A stretch of DNA of 64,000 nucleotides from an uncultured delta proteobacterium (GTDB lineage Bacteria; Myxococcota; Myxococcia; Myxococcales; Myxococcaceae): the NCBI GenBank assembly GCA_963796055.1, contig CAWCKH010000003.1, positions 384,001 to 448,000 on the forward strand, written 5' to 3'. The notes below the pieces were generated by a model that made no database searches, was not told the DNA's origin, and was given only the letters and a program-made list of their open reading frames with translations. Shown here piece after piece: positions 28,781 to 41,849 of this stretch; within the stretch, counting starts at the first letter, position 1, and each line of letters begins with the position of its first letter. The translations under genes were made by a program, and so were the position numbers.

Positions 28781-29861
28781 AGTAGTCCAGTGACAGCGCG
28801 TACACGATGACCACCGGGATGGACCCGAGCACCGCCGCGGCCATCAGCGGGCCCCAGAAGTAGACGTCCCCGCGCACCATGTCGACGGTGATGCCCACCG
28901 GGAGCGTCCGGTTGAAGGTCGAGCTGATGAAGGTCAGCGCGTAGACGTACTCCTGGAAGGACAGGGTGAAGGCGAAGATGGCCGCGGTGAGGATGCCCGG
29001 GAGCACCACCGGGATGACCACCAGCCGCAGCATCTGCAGCCGGGTCGCCCCGTCGAGCAGCGCCCGCTCCTCGATCTCCTTGGGCACGCTCCGGAAGAAC
29101 CCCATCAGCAGCCAGGTGCAGAAGGGAATGGTGAAGGTGGGGTAGCTGAGGATCAGCGACCAGATGCTGTTGTCCAGCTTGAGCGCGCCCACGAACTGCG
29201 AGAAGGGGATGAAGAGGATGGTGGACGGGATGAGGTAGGTGAGGAAGATCGAGATGCCGATCGCGCTGTTCCCGGCGAAGCTCAGCCGGGCCAGGCCGTA
29301 GGCCGCCGGGACCGCGAAGACCAGGGTGATCAGAACCACCATCAGCCCGGTGATCAGGCTCACCTGCATCCAGCGCCAGAATGGGGTGGTGACCAGATAG
29401 CGATAGTGGGTGAGGCTGGGGCTGCGCACATGGATCACCCCCACGACGTCGTTCGGATGGGCCACGTTGCCTGCCGGCACGTCGATCTCGCTCAGGACTC
29501 CGTCCACCGGGCTGAACACCGGCTGATCCCCCACGAAGGCGATCGGCGTGGGGTGACGCTCGCTGTCGGAGCGGGTGGTGTGCGATCCGGGCCCCACGTT
29601 CCAGCGGATCGGACCCTCGGCGTACGAGGCGGGGATGATGATGTCCTTGTGGTAGGGCCGCCCGGTCACGTCGACCTGGCTGAACCAGAACGGGTTCCGC
29701 TGCAGATCGTAGAGGTTGGCATCCGCCTTCAGCGAGGTGACCAGCATCCAGTAGAAGGGGAAGAGCGCAAAGAACAGGAACGGCAGCATCCCTACCCACG
29801 AGGCCAGGTGGGGGCGGAAGCGGCGCCAGAGCAGACGGGTGCGAACGCTGGGAGCCACCAC
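28746..29861 (-). CDS. Carbohydrate ABC permease (MalG-like) with an inserted periplasmic domain
   Basis: LFPFYWML, EAA loop EIEERALLDGA, and C-terminal GAVK. Confidence 0.9.
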   Translation of the reverse strand: MVAPSVRTRLLWRRFRPHLASWVGMLPFLFFALFPFYWMLVTSLKADANLYDLQRNPFWFSQVDVTGRPYHKDIIIPASYAEGPIRWNVGPGSHTTRSDSERHPTPIAFVGDQPVFSPVDGVLSEIDVPAGNVAHPNDVVGVIHVRSPSLTHYRYLVTTPFWRWMQVSLITGLMVVLITLVFAVPAAYGLARLSFAGNSAIGISIFLTYLIPSTILFIPFSQFVGALKLDNSIWSLILSYPTFTIPFCTWLLMGFFRSVPKEIEERALLDGATRLQMLRLVVIPVVLPGILTAAIFAFTLSFQEYVYALTFISSTFNRTLPVGITVDMVRGDVYFWGPLMAAAVLGSIPVVIVYALSLDYFISGMTTGAVK

Positions 29862-29865
29862 CTCG

Positions 29866-31197
29866 TCAGGCCTCCTTCCTGAGGAAGCGCAAGATCAGGA
29901 ACACCATCACCGCCATGAGCGGGAACATGAAGAGCGACGTCGCCGCGCCCTTCCCCAGGTAACCGGCGTTCACCCCCAGCTGGTACGCGTACGTCGCGAG
30001 CACCTGGGTCTGATCGAACGGCCCCCCCTTGGTGATGATCCAGATGGTGTTGAAGTCGGTGAAGCTGAAGATCACCGAGAAGAGGAGTGACACCATCAGG
30101 ATGGGACGGACCATCGGACCGATGATGTAGAGGAACCGCTGGAAGGCGTTGGCGCCGTCCAGCCGGGCGCGCTCGAGGATCTCGTCGGGGATCGCGGTGA
30201 GTCCGGCCAGGATGACGATGGCGGTGAACGGGAACCCACGCCACACGTTCACCATCACCACGCTGAACATTGCCCACTGGGGGTCGCCCCGGAAATTGAT
30301 GATGTTCGCCGGGCTGAGGATGCCCCAGTGCACCAGGCACCAGTTGATGACGCTGTAGGTGGAGTCGAGGATCCACAGCCAGGCCTGGGCGCTGATCGCG
30401 ATGGGGATGACCCAGGGGATGACCACCAGGCCACGGAGCAGCCGGCGGGCCCCGAACTTCCGGTTGAGGAGCAGCGCGCAGGGCACGCCGATCATCAACT
30501 TCAAGATCTCCGTCCCGAAGGTGTACTTGAAGGTGTTGACCACCGCGAGCCGGAAGTTGGGGTCCTGCACCACCCCGGTGCCGTTGGTCCGGATCTGCGT
30601 GTTGGCCTTGACCAGGAAGGTCGACTCCAGAGCCTTCTTCAGCGCCGCCCGGTCAGGAAACGGACCGAGGCGGATCGGCTCTTCCGGGGCATGCGCCACC
30701 ACCGCGAATCCGCCCTTGGCCGGATGCACCAGCCAGTCGAGCTCGTTCACCACCGTGTCTGCCTGGAACTCGGCGTCCGAGGCGCTCTCCATGGCGAAGA
30801 GCGGGATGGTGCGCCCGGCGATCGCCACCGAGGTCCGGAAGAGCGCGCTGTCGGGGGTGGTCTCGAGCTTCGCCCCGCTCCGGGCCTGCAGCAGCGCGTC
30901 CGCCTCGGCGCGGGTGGGCACGGTGGCGATGACGAAGTCGTTGGCCCGGACCTCGTAGCTGACCACCTTCGAGTAGTTGTCCAGACCAACCCAGTTCCAT
31001 TTGAGGTGCCCGGCCTCGGCGTCGGTCAGGCTGAGCCAGATCGCCATCAGGAAGGGGTAGGCGATGAAGACGGAGAGGTAGAGAACCGCCGGCAGCACCA
31101 GCACGTATCCCAGGGGCGCTTCCCGCTCGAGGAACGGAGTGCGGGGGACGGCGGGCTGCTCCTCGAGGCGCGCCTGCGCTGCGGGAAGGGTCCTCAG
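29866..31197 (-). CDS. Carbohydrate ABC permease (MalF-like) with an inserted periplasmic domain; start uncertain (possibly CTG)
   Basis: VGLDNY, PWVIP, WRGFPF, EILERARLDGA and TKGGP. Confidence 0.88.
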   Translation of the reverse strand: MRTLPAAQARLEEQPAVPRTPFLEREAPLGYVLVLPAVLYLSVFIAYPFLMAIWLSLTDAEAGHLKWNWVGLDNYSKVVSYEVRANDFVIATVPTRAEADALLQARSGAKLETTPDSALFRTSVAIAGRTIPLFAMESASDAEFQADTVVNELDWLVHPAKGGFAVVAHAPEEPIRLGPFPDRAALKKALESTFLVKANTQIRTNGTGVVQDPNFRLAVVNTFKYTFGTEILKLMIGVPCALLLNRKFGARRLLRGLVVIPWVIPIAISAQAWLWILDSTYSVINWCLVHWGILSPANIINFRGDPQWAMFSVVMVNVWRGFPFTAIVILAGLTAIPDEILERARLDGANAFQRFLYIIGPMVRPILMVSLLFSVIFSFTDFNTIWIITKGGPFDQTQVLATYAYQLGVNAGYLGKGAATSLFMFPLMAVMVFLILRFLRKEA

Positions 31198-32279
31198 AGC
31201 GCAAACTCCGTCTGCCGGTCGAAGAGGTGCATCTGCGCGGTGTCGAAGAAGAGGTCCACGCTCTGGTGTGGCTTCAGCTCTCCCTGGAGCTCGGTCTCGA
31301 TCTGGAGCAGGCCCGCTTCGCACCGGGCGGTGATGATGGCCTCGTGCCCCAGCGGCTCGACCACGTCGATCACCGCGGGGACCTTCACCCGGGTCCCGTT
31401 GCCCTGGCCACCGAGCTGGATGTGCTCGGGGCGGATACCCACGATCACCGAGCGTCCGCTGGAGCCGGTGATCCGCGGGCGTGGGACCGGCAGGGTGAGG
31501 CTTCCCTTCAGGTCCACCGAGAGGCCCGCCCCCTCCCCTCTCAGCTCGCCTTCGAAGAAGTTCATCGGCGGCGTTCCGATGAACCCGGCCACGAAGCGAT
31601 TCGCCGGACTCCGGTAGGCCTCGAGCGGGGTGGCCACCTGGCAGATCTTCCCCTTGTCCATGATCACAATCCGGTCGCCCATGGTCATCGCCTCGACCTG
31701 GTCGTGGGTGACGTAGATCATGGTGGACTTCACGCTCTGGTGGAGCCGCTTGAGCTCGGTCCGCATGTGGACCCGGAGCTTGGCGTCGAGGTTGGACAGC
31801 GGCTCGTCGAAGAGCAGCACCCCGGCCTGGCGACACAGCGCCGCGCCCACCGCCACCCGCTGGCGCTGGCCGCCGGAGAGGGCCCGGGGCTTGCGCTGGA
31901 GCAGGTCGCTCAGGCCGAGGATGCCGGCCGCCTCCTTCACCCGGCGGTCGATCTCCGACTTCGGCATCCGGCGCAGCTGCAGGGAGAAGGCCATGTTCCG
32001 GTACACCGTCATGTGCGGGTAGAGCGCGTAGCTCTGGAACACCATGGCGATGTCGCGGTCCTTCGGCGGCAGGTGGGTGATCGACCTGCCGCCGATGCTG
32101 ATGTCCCCACCGCTCACGTCCTCCAGACCGGCGATCATCCGCAGCGTGGTCGTCTTCCCGCAGCCGGAGGGCCCCACCAGGATCACGAACTCGCGATCCT
32201 TGACGGTGAGGTCCACCCCGGCCACGGCGGCCACGTCGCCGAAGCGCTTCTCGAGTCCGGTGAGGACGACCTCCGCCAT
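31194..32279 (-). CDS. Sugar ABC ATP-binding protein (MalK/UgpC-like)
   Basis: GPSGCGKTT, FQSYALYPHM, LSGGQRQR, DEPLSNLD, YVTHDQ and a TOBE-like tail. Confidence 0.93.
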   Translation of the reverse strand: MAEVVLTGLEKRFGDVAAVAGVDLTVKDREFVILVGPSGCGKTTTLRMIAGLEDVSGGDISIGGRSITHLPPKDRDIAMVFQSYALYPHMTVYRNMAFSLQLRRMPKSEIDRRVKEAAGILGLSDLLQRKPRALSGGQRQRVAVGAALCRQAGVLLFDEPLSNLDAKLRVHMRTELKRLHQSVKSTMIYVTHDQVEAMTMGDRIVIMDKGKICQVATPLEAYRSPANRFVAGFIGTPPMNFFEGELRGEGAGLSVDLKGSLTLPVPRPRITGSSGRSVIVGIRPEHIQLGGQGNGTRVKVPAVIDVVEPLGHEAIITARCEAGLLQIETELQGELKPHQSVDLFFDTAQMHLFDRQTEFAL

Positions 32280-33583
32280 CAGCCCGCCACTGCCCGGAGC
32301 TTCTTCTCCGCGTCGTCCATGGCGGCGCGGGGCGATTTCCCGCCGTTGGCCACCTCGGCGAACATGGTGGGGATGATGTACTTGGCGTACATGCTGGTGG
32401 CGGTCTTGGTCATCGGGCCGGGGTAGCCGATGAACTTCACCCACTCGTTGAAGTCTTGCTCGATCTGAAGCTTGGGCTCGTGTCCGATGACCGGCATGGG
32501 CTTCTTGAGGAAGTTCTTCAGGAAGGGATGGTTGTAGCCGGTGGACGCTTCCATTCCCTCCAGGCCCTCGGCGTTCATCTGGTACAGGAACTCCTTGGCC
32601 AGGTCCTGCACCTGGCTGAACTTGTAGATGCCGTAGGACATCGTCCGCGCACCCCCGATGCGCCCCGCGGCGCCGAGCGGCGGCGGCTGGATCTCCAGCG
32701 CCTTGTAGACGTCCGGGTTGTCCTTGGCCGCGGTCCGGTAGGCGCTGATGGGATTGCAGACCATCGAGCCCTTGCCCGAGGCGATGAAGCGGTTGTTGGA
32801 GGTGTCGTCCCAGCTGAGCACCTCGTCGGTCATCGTCTCCTTGTAGAGCGCGGTGCCCCACTTGAGCACGTCGACGATCTCCTTCCTGGCGAAGGCGATG
32901 TTGCCCTGCTTGTCGAACATGTATGCCTTGAAGGCGAGCATGATCGGGTAGAGGTCGTCGTTGGCGTCCGGGGTCTGCGAGTAAGGAATGCCGATGGGAT
33001 GGCCGATCTTCTTCAGCTTCCCGCCGATGCGGATGATGTCCTCGTAGGTGGTCTTGGAGTTGTAGTCCTCCTTGACCTGGTCGAGGTACGCCCGGTTCAC
33101 GATCCACGGGTAGCGGATGTACCAGTGGGGGATGGCCAGCCACTTCCCCTTCACCACCGCGATGCTCTCCGAACCGGGGCTCCAGCCGCCGAACTGCTTG
33201 CCGAGCCGGTTGGCCACGTCGGTGACGTCGACCTCCACCTGATCATAGAGCCAGGCCCCGGTGCCGTTGAGGTGGAAGATGTCGTGGCCCCCGCCCCGGG
33301 AGATGTCCGCGGCGATGGCGGTGGGCAGGTCGGCGGTGGCGACGAAGTCGACCTCCACCTTGCAGTTGTGCTTCTCGCCGAACTTCTTGGCGAAGCCGCT
33401 GAAGTACGTGTCGTACGCCGGCACGAAGTGCTTCCAGTGCACGATCTTGAGCACCTTCTCCGTCTGCGCCGAGGCCTTCCGGGAGAAGATCGTCGGCGCA
33501 GCGAGCGCTGCTCCGACTCCCAGCGAGCCCTGGATGAACGTCCGGCGCTTCAGCAGACCCTTCTTCCGCGTTCCATCACTCAC
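32279..33583 (-). CDS. Tat-exported extracellular solute-binding protein (family 1)
   Basis: AGGAGG SD before GTG; KRRTFI twin-Arg signal ending ASA; first gene of the CUT1 operon. Confidence 0.88.
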   Translation of the reverse strand: MSDGTRKKGLLKRRTFIQGSLGVGAALAAPTIFSRKASAQTEKVLKIVHWKHFVPAYDTYFSGFAKKFGEKHNCKVEVDFVATADLPTAIAADISRGGGHDIFHLNGTGAWLYDQVEVDVTDVANRLGKQFGGWSPGSESIAVVKGKWLAIPHWYIRYPWIVNRAYLDQVKEDYNSKTTYEDIIRIGGKLKKIGHPIGIPYSQTPDANDDLYPIMLAFKAYMFDKQGNIAFARKEIVDVLKWGTALYKETMTDEVLSWDDTSNNRFIASGKGSMVCNPISAYRTAAKDNPDVYKALEIQPPPLGAAGRIGGARTMSYGIYKFSQVQDLAKEFLYQMNAEGLEGMEASTGYNHPFLKNFLKKPMPVIGHEPKLQIEQDFNEWVKFIGYPGPMTKTATSMYAKYIIPTMFAEVANGGKSPRAAMDDAEKKLRAVAG

Positions 33584-34116
33584 GGTGTTCCTCCTGGTGA
33601 CTGGACTGCAGAGACCTCCCCTGCCACTTGGCCAGTCGGGCGAGACATCCGACCGGTCGCACTGCAGAGGCGGCCCGTGTTGGGGGGATGCACAGTACAC
33701 GAGGCGCACCGCCGCAACCCGTTCGCATCTCGTCCAGCGTTCGACAGTCGCAAGTTGCGAACGCATCGGCCGTGATGGGCCACGTCGAGCGCAACGCTGG
33801 CCACGGCAGGTGTCAGCACCCGGCGCAGGCCACGGCGCAGCCGACCTCGACGACGCCTAGGCACCGGCCAGCGCGCACCGATCGCAACGCTCGCGGGCGC
33901 AGCAGCCCTCGATGACCGAGCAGCAGAAGGCCGCCAAGCAGCAGATGACCGGCCGAAGCTCGCTGAGCAACCAGACCCATGCGCATCGGAGAGATTGCTG
34001 GACTGGCTGCGGGGGTCCGCGCGCTCGCCGCGGGTGCCCTGGGCTGTGGAGACGACACCGGCTCTGCCCGGGACGCCGGGACTCAGCTGACCCCGTGCAC
34101 GTGGCCTCGGCGGCGC

Positions 34117-34163
34117 ACAAACGCCGACGGCCGCCAGCCCCCGGAGGGACTGACGGCCGTTGA
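34117..34163 (-). terminator. Hairpin after the 5S gene, probable rrn terminator
   Basis: Minus strand ACGGCCGTCAGTCCC-loop-GGGCTGGCGGCCGT (with G-U pairs) followed by a short T-rich tail. Confidence 0.6.
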
Positions 34164-34172
34164 ACGAAAAAA

Positions 34173-34286
<114 letters not shown>

Positions 34287-34289
<3 letters not shown>

Positions 34290-34320
34290 AAATTGTCACT
34301 GCAGAAAAATTGTCACTGCA
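34287..34320. repeat. Perfect 17-bp tandem duplication GAAAAATTGTCACTGCA x2
   Basis: Read directly at 34287-34303 and 34304-34320. Confidence 0.95.
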
Positions 34321-34468
34321 TACGAAGGGTAGATTCAATTTCTGCCGAGAGATGTGCCGTCTCGAGTCAGCGTCCTGGAGCTCTCAACGAGCTCCGGACC
34401 TCGACCTTGACCTCGAATCCCGTACTCCCCACGGATCGACTCCCGGGGAGCATGCAAGAAACAGAGGT

Positions 34469-37442
<2,974 letters not shown>

Positions 37443-37679
37443 ACCTTTGTATCTCGAACGCCCCCACCGATCAGGGCCGTGGCCCCAGGGGGATTGTTGA
37501 AACTCGAGATCAAGGTCCAGGTCCCCGGCTCTTCGCCACGGGACGCTGAATTTCGAGACGTCTGACTCCGAGCTCTCCTCCAGGGCGCCTCACGGCGGCC
37601 CGGAACCGAGCACGGAGTAGAACTCTCAGCAGAAATTGAATTCTACCCTTCGTATGCAGTTTTCAAAGAGCGGTTGGTG

Positions 37680-37752
37680 TGGAGCTGATCGGGTTCGAAC
37701 CGACGACATCCAGCTTGCAAAGCTGGCGCTCTCCCAGCTGAGCTACAGCCCC
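37680..37752 (-). tRNA. tRNA-Ala(TGC); CCA not encoded
   Basis: GGGGCTGTAGCTCAGCTGGGAGAGCG...TTGCAA...GGTTCGAACCC...CTCCA. Confidence 0.95.
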
Positions 37753-37800
37753 AGGAAGAGAAGAGGACGATCGCCACCGCCCAGCGTCAAGAAACTGACT

Positions 37801-37874
37801 TGGGCCTAGGTGGACTCGAACCACCGACCTCGCGCTTATCAGGCGCGCGCTCTAGCCAGCTGAGCTATAGGCCC
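37801..37874 (-). tRNA. tRNA-Ile(GAT); CCA not encoded
   Basis: GGGCCTATAGCTCAG...CTGATAA...GGTTCGAGTCC...GGCCCA. Confidence 0.95.
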
Positions 37875-38091
37875 GGCTCCCGCGCCCGAGCGCTCCACGT
37901 ACCAACTAGAGGGTTCAAAGAGCGAGCCTTCTCGAAGCTCGGCCTCTCAAAACCGGACAGCAAGTCCATCCTGACGACTGCGGGGGCACTGAAGCCCCTG
38001 GAAACCACGGTTGACCTAAAGTCGACCACTCCGAGGTTGCCCTCGGCGGGATGGGCCATGCCGGCGCCGGAGCGCCGACCCCATCCCAGGG

Positions 38092-39647
<1,556 letters not shown>

Positions 39648-39925
39648 AAATTGAAGGATTTGAACTGGCGTACCTCCTGCCTTCCCCGGCGCTCGCCGGA
39701 CGGCCCTCACGGGCGGTCCCTCGAGCTCCGGCGTCGAACAGGAGTCGCTGTTCGGGACACGCGACGCTCCGCCCGTCCGAGCTGCCTCGCGGCAGACCCT
39801 GGGTGAAACGCGCGCATCCAATTGAATTGACTGCGGTTTCCGCAATCGTCTTGGACTTGCTATCCGGTTTTCAAAGACCGAGCCGCCGTCCTCCGGACCG
39901 TCACTGATCCGTTGGCGGGCCGACC

Positions 39926-39954
39926 CTTCTACGGTCGGCATCGGAGGCTGTCAA
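39926..39954 (-). promoter_or_regulatory. rrn sigma70-like promoter (proximal)
   Basis: TTGACA-17 nt-TAGAAG. Confidence 0.7.
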
Positions 39955-40082
39955 GCACCCGCGGAGTGCGGGAAGCCCAGTGCTTTCAAGGACCTGGAAC
40001 AGCATCCATGAGGTGACCTGGGAGCCTCGGAGAGGAGCCAACCCGCCGCTGATCCGGAGGTGGTTCGTCCGAGGGGCCGAGT

Positions 40083-40111
40083 TTCATACCGCTGGAACCG
40101 GGCCCTGTCAA
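40083..40111 (-). promoter_or_regulatory. rrn sigma70-like promoter (middle)
   Basis: TTGACA-17 nt-TATGAA. Confidence 0.7.
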
Positions 40112-40263
40112 CCTGGAGGAGCCGCATGCGACTGCAGACTCGCTCCGAGGTGGTCCGTTTCTTCGAACGCGGTGACCGGACCCGTCAGGCCGCGCGGAAC
40201 ATATTCGATTGTCGCCCTGCGCCTTGCCCAACCCTCCCCGCCCGACCGATGCGAGGGGCGCGC

Positions 40264-40292
40264 TAGATAGAGACTTCGACCGCGCGTGTCAA
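40264..40292 (-). promoter_or_regulatory. rrn sigma70-like promoter (distal); the -35 overlaps the gmk stop
   Basis: TTGACA-17 nt-TATCTA. Confidence 0.6.
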
Positions 40293-40924
40293 CTCCCTCG
40301 ACGCGGCGTCTCGAGTCCCAGCGCCGTGAGGTCCACCCTCCCTTTCCGGCAGCGCTCGGCGGTGACGATGGCCTCCAGCTCGGCGTAGGCCCTGTCCACC
40401 GAGTCGTTCACCACCAGGTAGTCGTAGGCCCGCGCTCCGTGCTCGAGCTCCGAGCGTGCGGCCAGCATCCGGCGCCGAATCGAATCCTCGCTCTCCGTCC
40501 CCCGCTCCCGGAGCCGCCGCTCGAGCTCGTCCATGGTCGGAGGGAGCACGAAGACCAGGACTGCCTCCGGATACCGTCGCTGGATAGATTGCCCACCCTG
40601 CACGTCGATGTCGAAGACCGCGATGCCTCCGGTGGAGAAGGCGCGGTCCACCGTCGACTGCGGGCTGCCGTAGAAGTGGCCGTGCACCTCGGCCCATTCC
40701 ACGAACTCGTCCCGCTCGATCATCCGCTGGAAGGTGAGCGCGTCCACGAAGTGGTAGTCCACCCCGTCCCGCTCGGGCCCCCGCGGCTCGCGGGTGGTCA
40801 TGCTGATGCTGAACGCCGCCTCGGGGTGCGCCTGCACGAAGCGCCGGGCAAGGGTGGTCTTTCCCGTCCCCGACGGGGCGGAGAGCACCAGGAGGAGACC
40901 TCGGTGGAGGGACGTGGGGCTCAT
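40289..40924 (-). CDS. gmk: Guanylate kinase
   Basis: SAPSGTGKTT, TTREPRGPERDGVDYHF, EWAEVHGHFYG and DIDVQG. Confidence 0.95.
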   Translation of the reverse strand: MSPTSLHRGLLLVLSAPSGTGKTTLARRFVQAHPEAAFSISMTTREPRGPERDGVDYHFVDALTFQRMIERDEFVEWAEVHGHFYGSPQSTVDRAFSTGGIAVFDIDVQGGQSIQRRYPEAVLVFVLPPTMDELERRLRERGTESEDSIRRRMLAARSELEHGARAYDYLVVNDSVDRAYAELEAIVTAERCRKGRVDLTALGLETPRRGS

Positions 40925-41799
40925 TCGACGTTCTGCACCTGCTCGCGGATTCGCTCCAGCTCCGCCTTGAGCTCGACGATGCGGGTGGAGATCTCCGTCG
41001 ACTGGCTCTTGCTCCCGGTGGTGTTCACCTCCCGGTGCATCTCCTGGACGAGGAAATCCATGCGCCGTCCGGCAGGGTCGCTGCTGGCGAGGAAGGCCCG
41101 GAAGGCCTCGAGGTGCGCCTGCAGGCGGGTGGCCTCCTCCGCCACGTCGGTCCGCTCGGCGAAGAGGGCGATCTCCTGCACCAGCCGCGCCTCGTCGACC
41201 GGCGCGCCCTTCAGCAGCTCCGTGACGCGGTCTTGCAACCGGGCCCGGTAGGCCTCGACCGTGCGCGGCGCCAGTGACGCCACCTCGGCCGCGAGCGTCT
41301 CCACCCGTTGCAACCGCGTCGAGAGGTCCGCCGCCAGCGCCCGCCCCTCGCGCTCCCGCATCGCGACCAGAGCCTCGATCGCCTCGCCGAGGGCGAGCTC
41401 CAGCGCCCCCTCTGCGACGCCGAGATCCATCAGCGGCTCCTCCATCCGGATCACGCCCGGCAGCGCGGCGATCTGGGCGGTGGTGGGCGTGTCCGCCATG
41501 TCCACCGCCCGAGCCACGGCCCGGACCGCCTCGCGCCAGGCCCGCGCCATCGCCGGGTCGACGGTGGGCACCGCCCCGCTTGCAGTGCTCGCGCTCCGCC
41601 GCACCGCCACGTCCACCGCCCCGCGCGCGCAGCGGGCCCGGACCGCCTTGAGCACCAGAGGCTCCAGCGCGGACAGCTCGCGCGGAAGCCGCACCTTCAC
41701 CTCGAGGTGCTTGTGGTTCACGGCCCGGACCTCGACGGAGATCTCCTCCTCCCCGGCGTGCGCCCGACCCGTTCCGAAGCCGGTCATGCTCTTGAGCAT
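40921..41799 (-). CDS. yicC: YicC/YloC family endoribonuclease
   Basis: MLKSMTGFG, GRRMDFLVQEMHREVNTTGSK and REQVQNVE. Confidence 0.93.
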   Translation of the reverse strand: MLKSMTGFGTGRAHAGEEEISVEVRAVNHKHLEVKVRLPRELSALEPLVLKAVRARCARGAVDVAVRRSASTASGAVPTVDPAMARAWREAVRAVARAVDMADTPTTAQIAALPGVIRMEEPLMDLGVAEGALELALGEAIEALVAMREREGRALAADLSTRLQRVETLAAEVASLAPRTVEAYRARLQDRVTELLKGAPVDEARLVQEIALFAERTDVAEEATRLQAHLEAFRAFLASSDPAGRRMDFLVQEMHREVNTTGSKSQSTEISTRIVELKAELERIREQVQNVE

Positions 41800-41809
41800 G
41801 TGCCCAGGG

Positions 41810-41839
41810 GTGCTAGGAGGCCCCCGGCCCGGCCGTCAA
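41810..41839 (-). promoter_or_regulatory. Putative sigma70 promoter of yicC-gmk
   Basis: TTGACG-18 nt-TAGCAC, 10 nt from the ATG. Confidence 0.5.
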
Positions 41840-41849
41840 GGCCCACCGC

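Noticed and set aside
33813..34120. Small ORFs between the ABC promoter and the rrn terminator, one of them Cys-rich
   Set aside because: No SD, no recognisable motif and conflicting frames; coding status cannot be supported.
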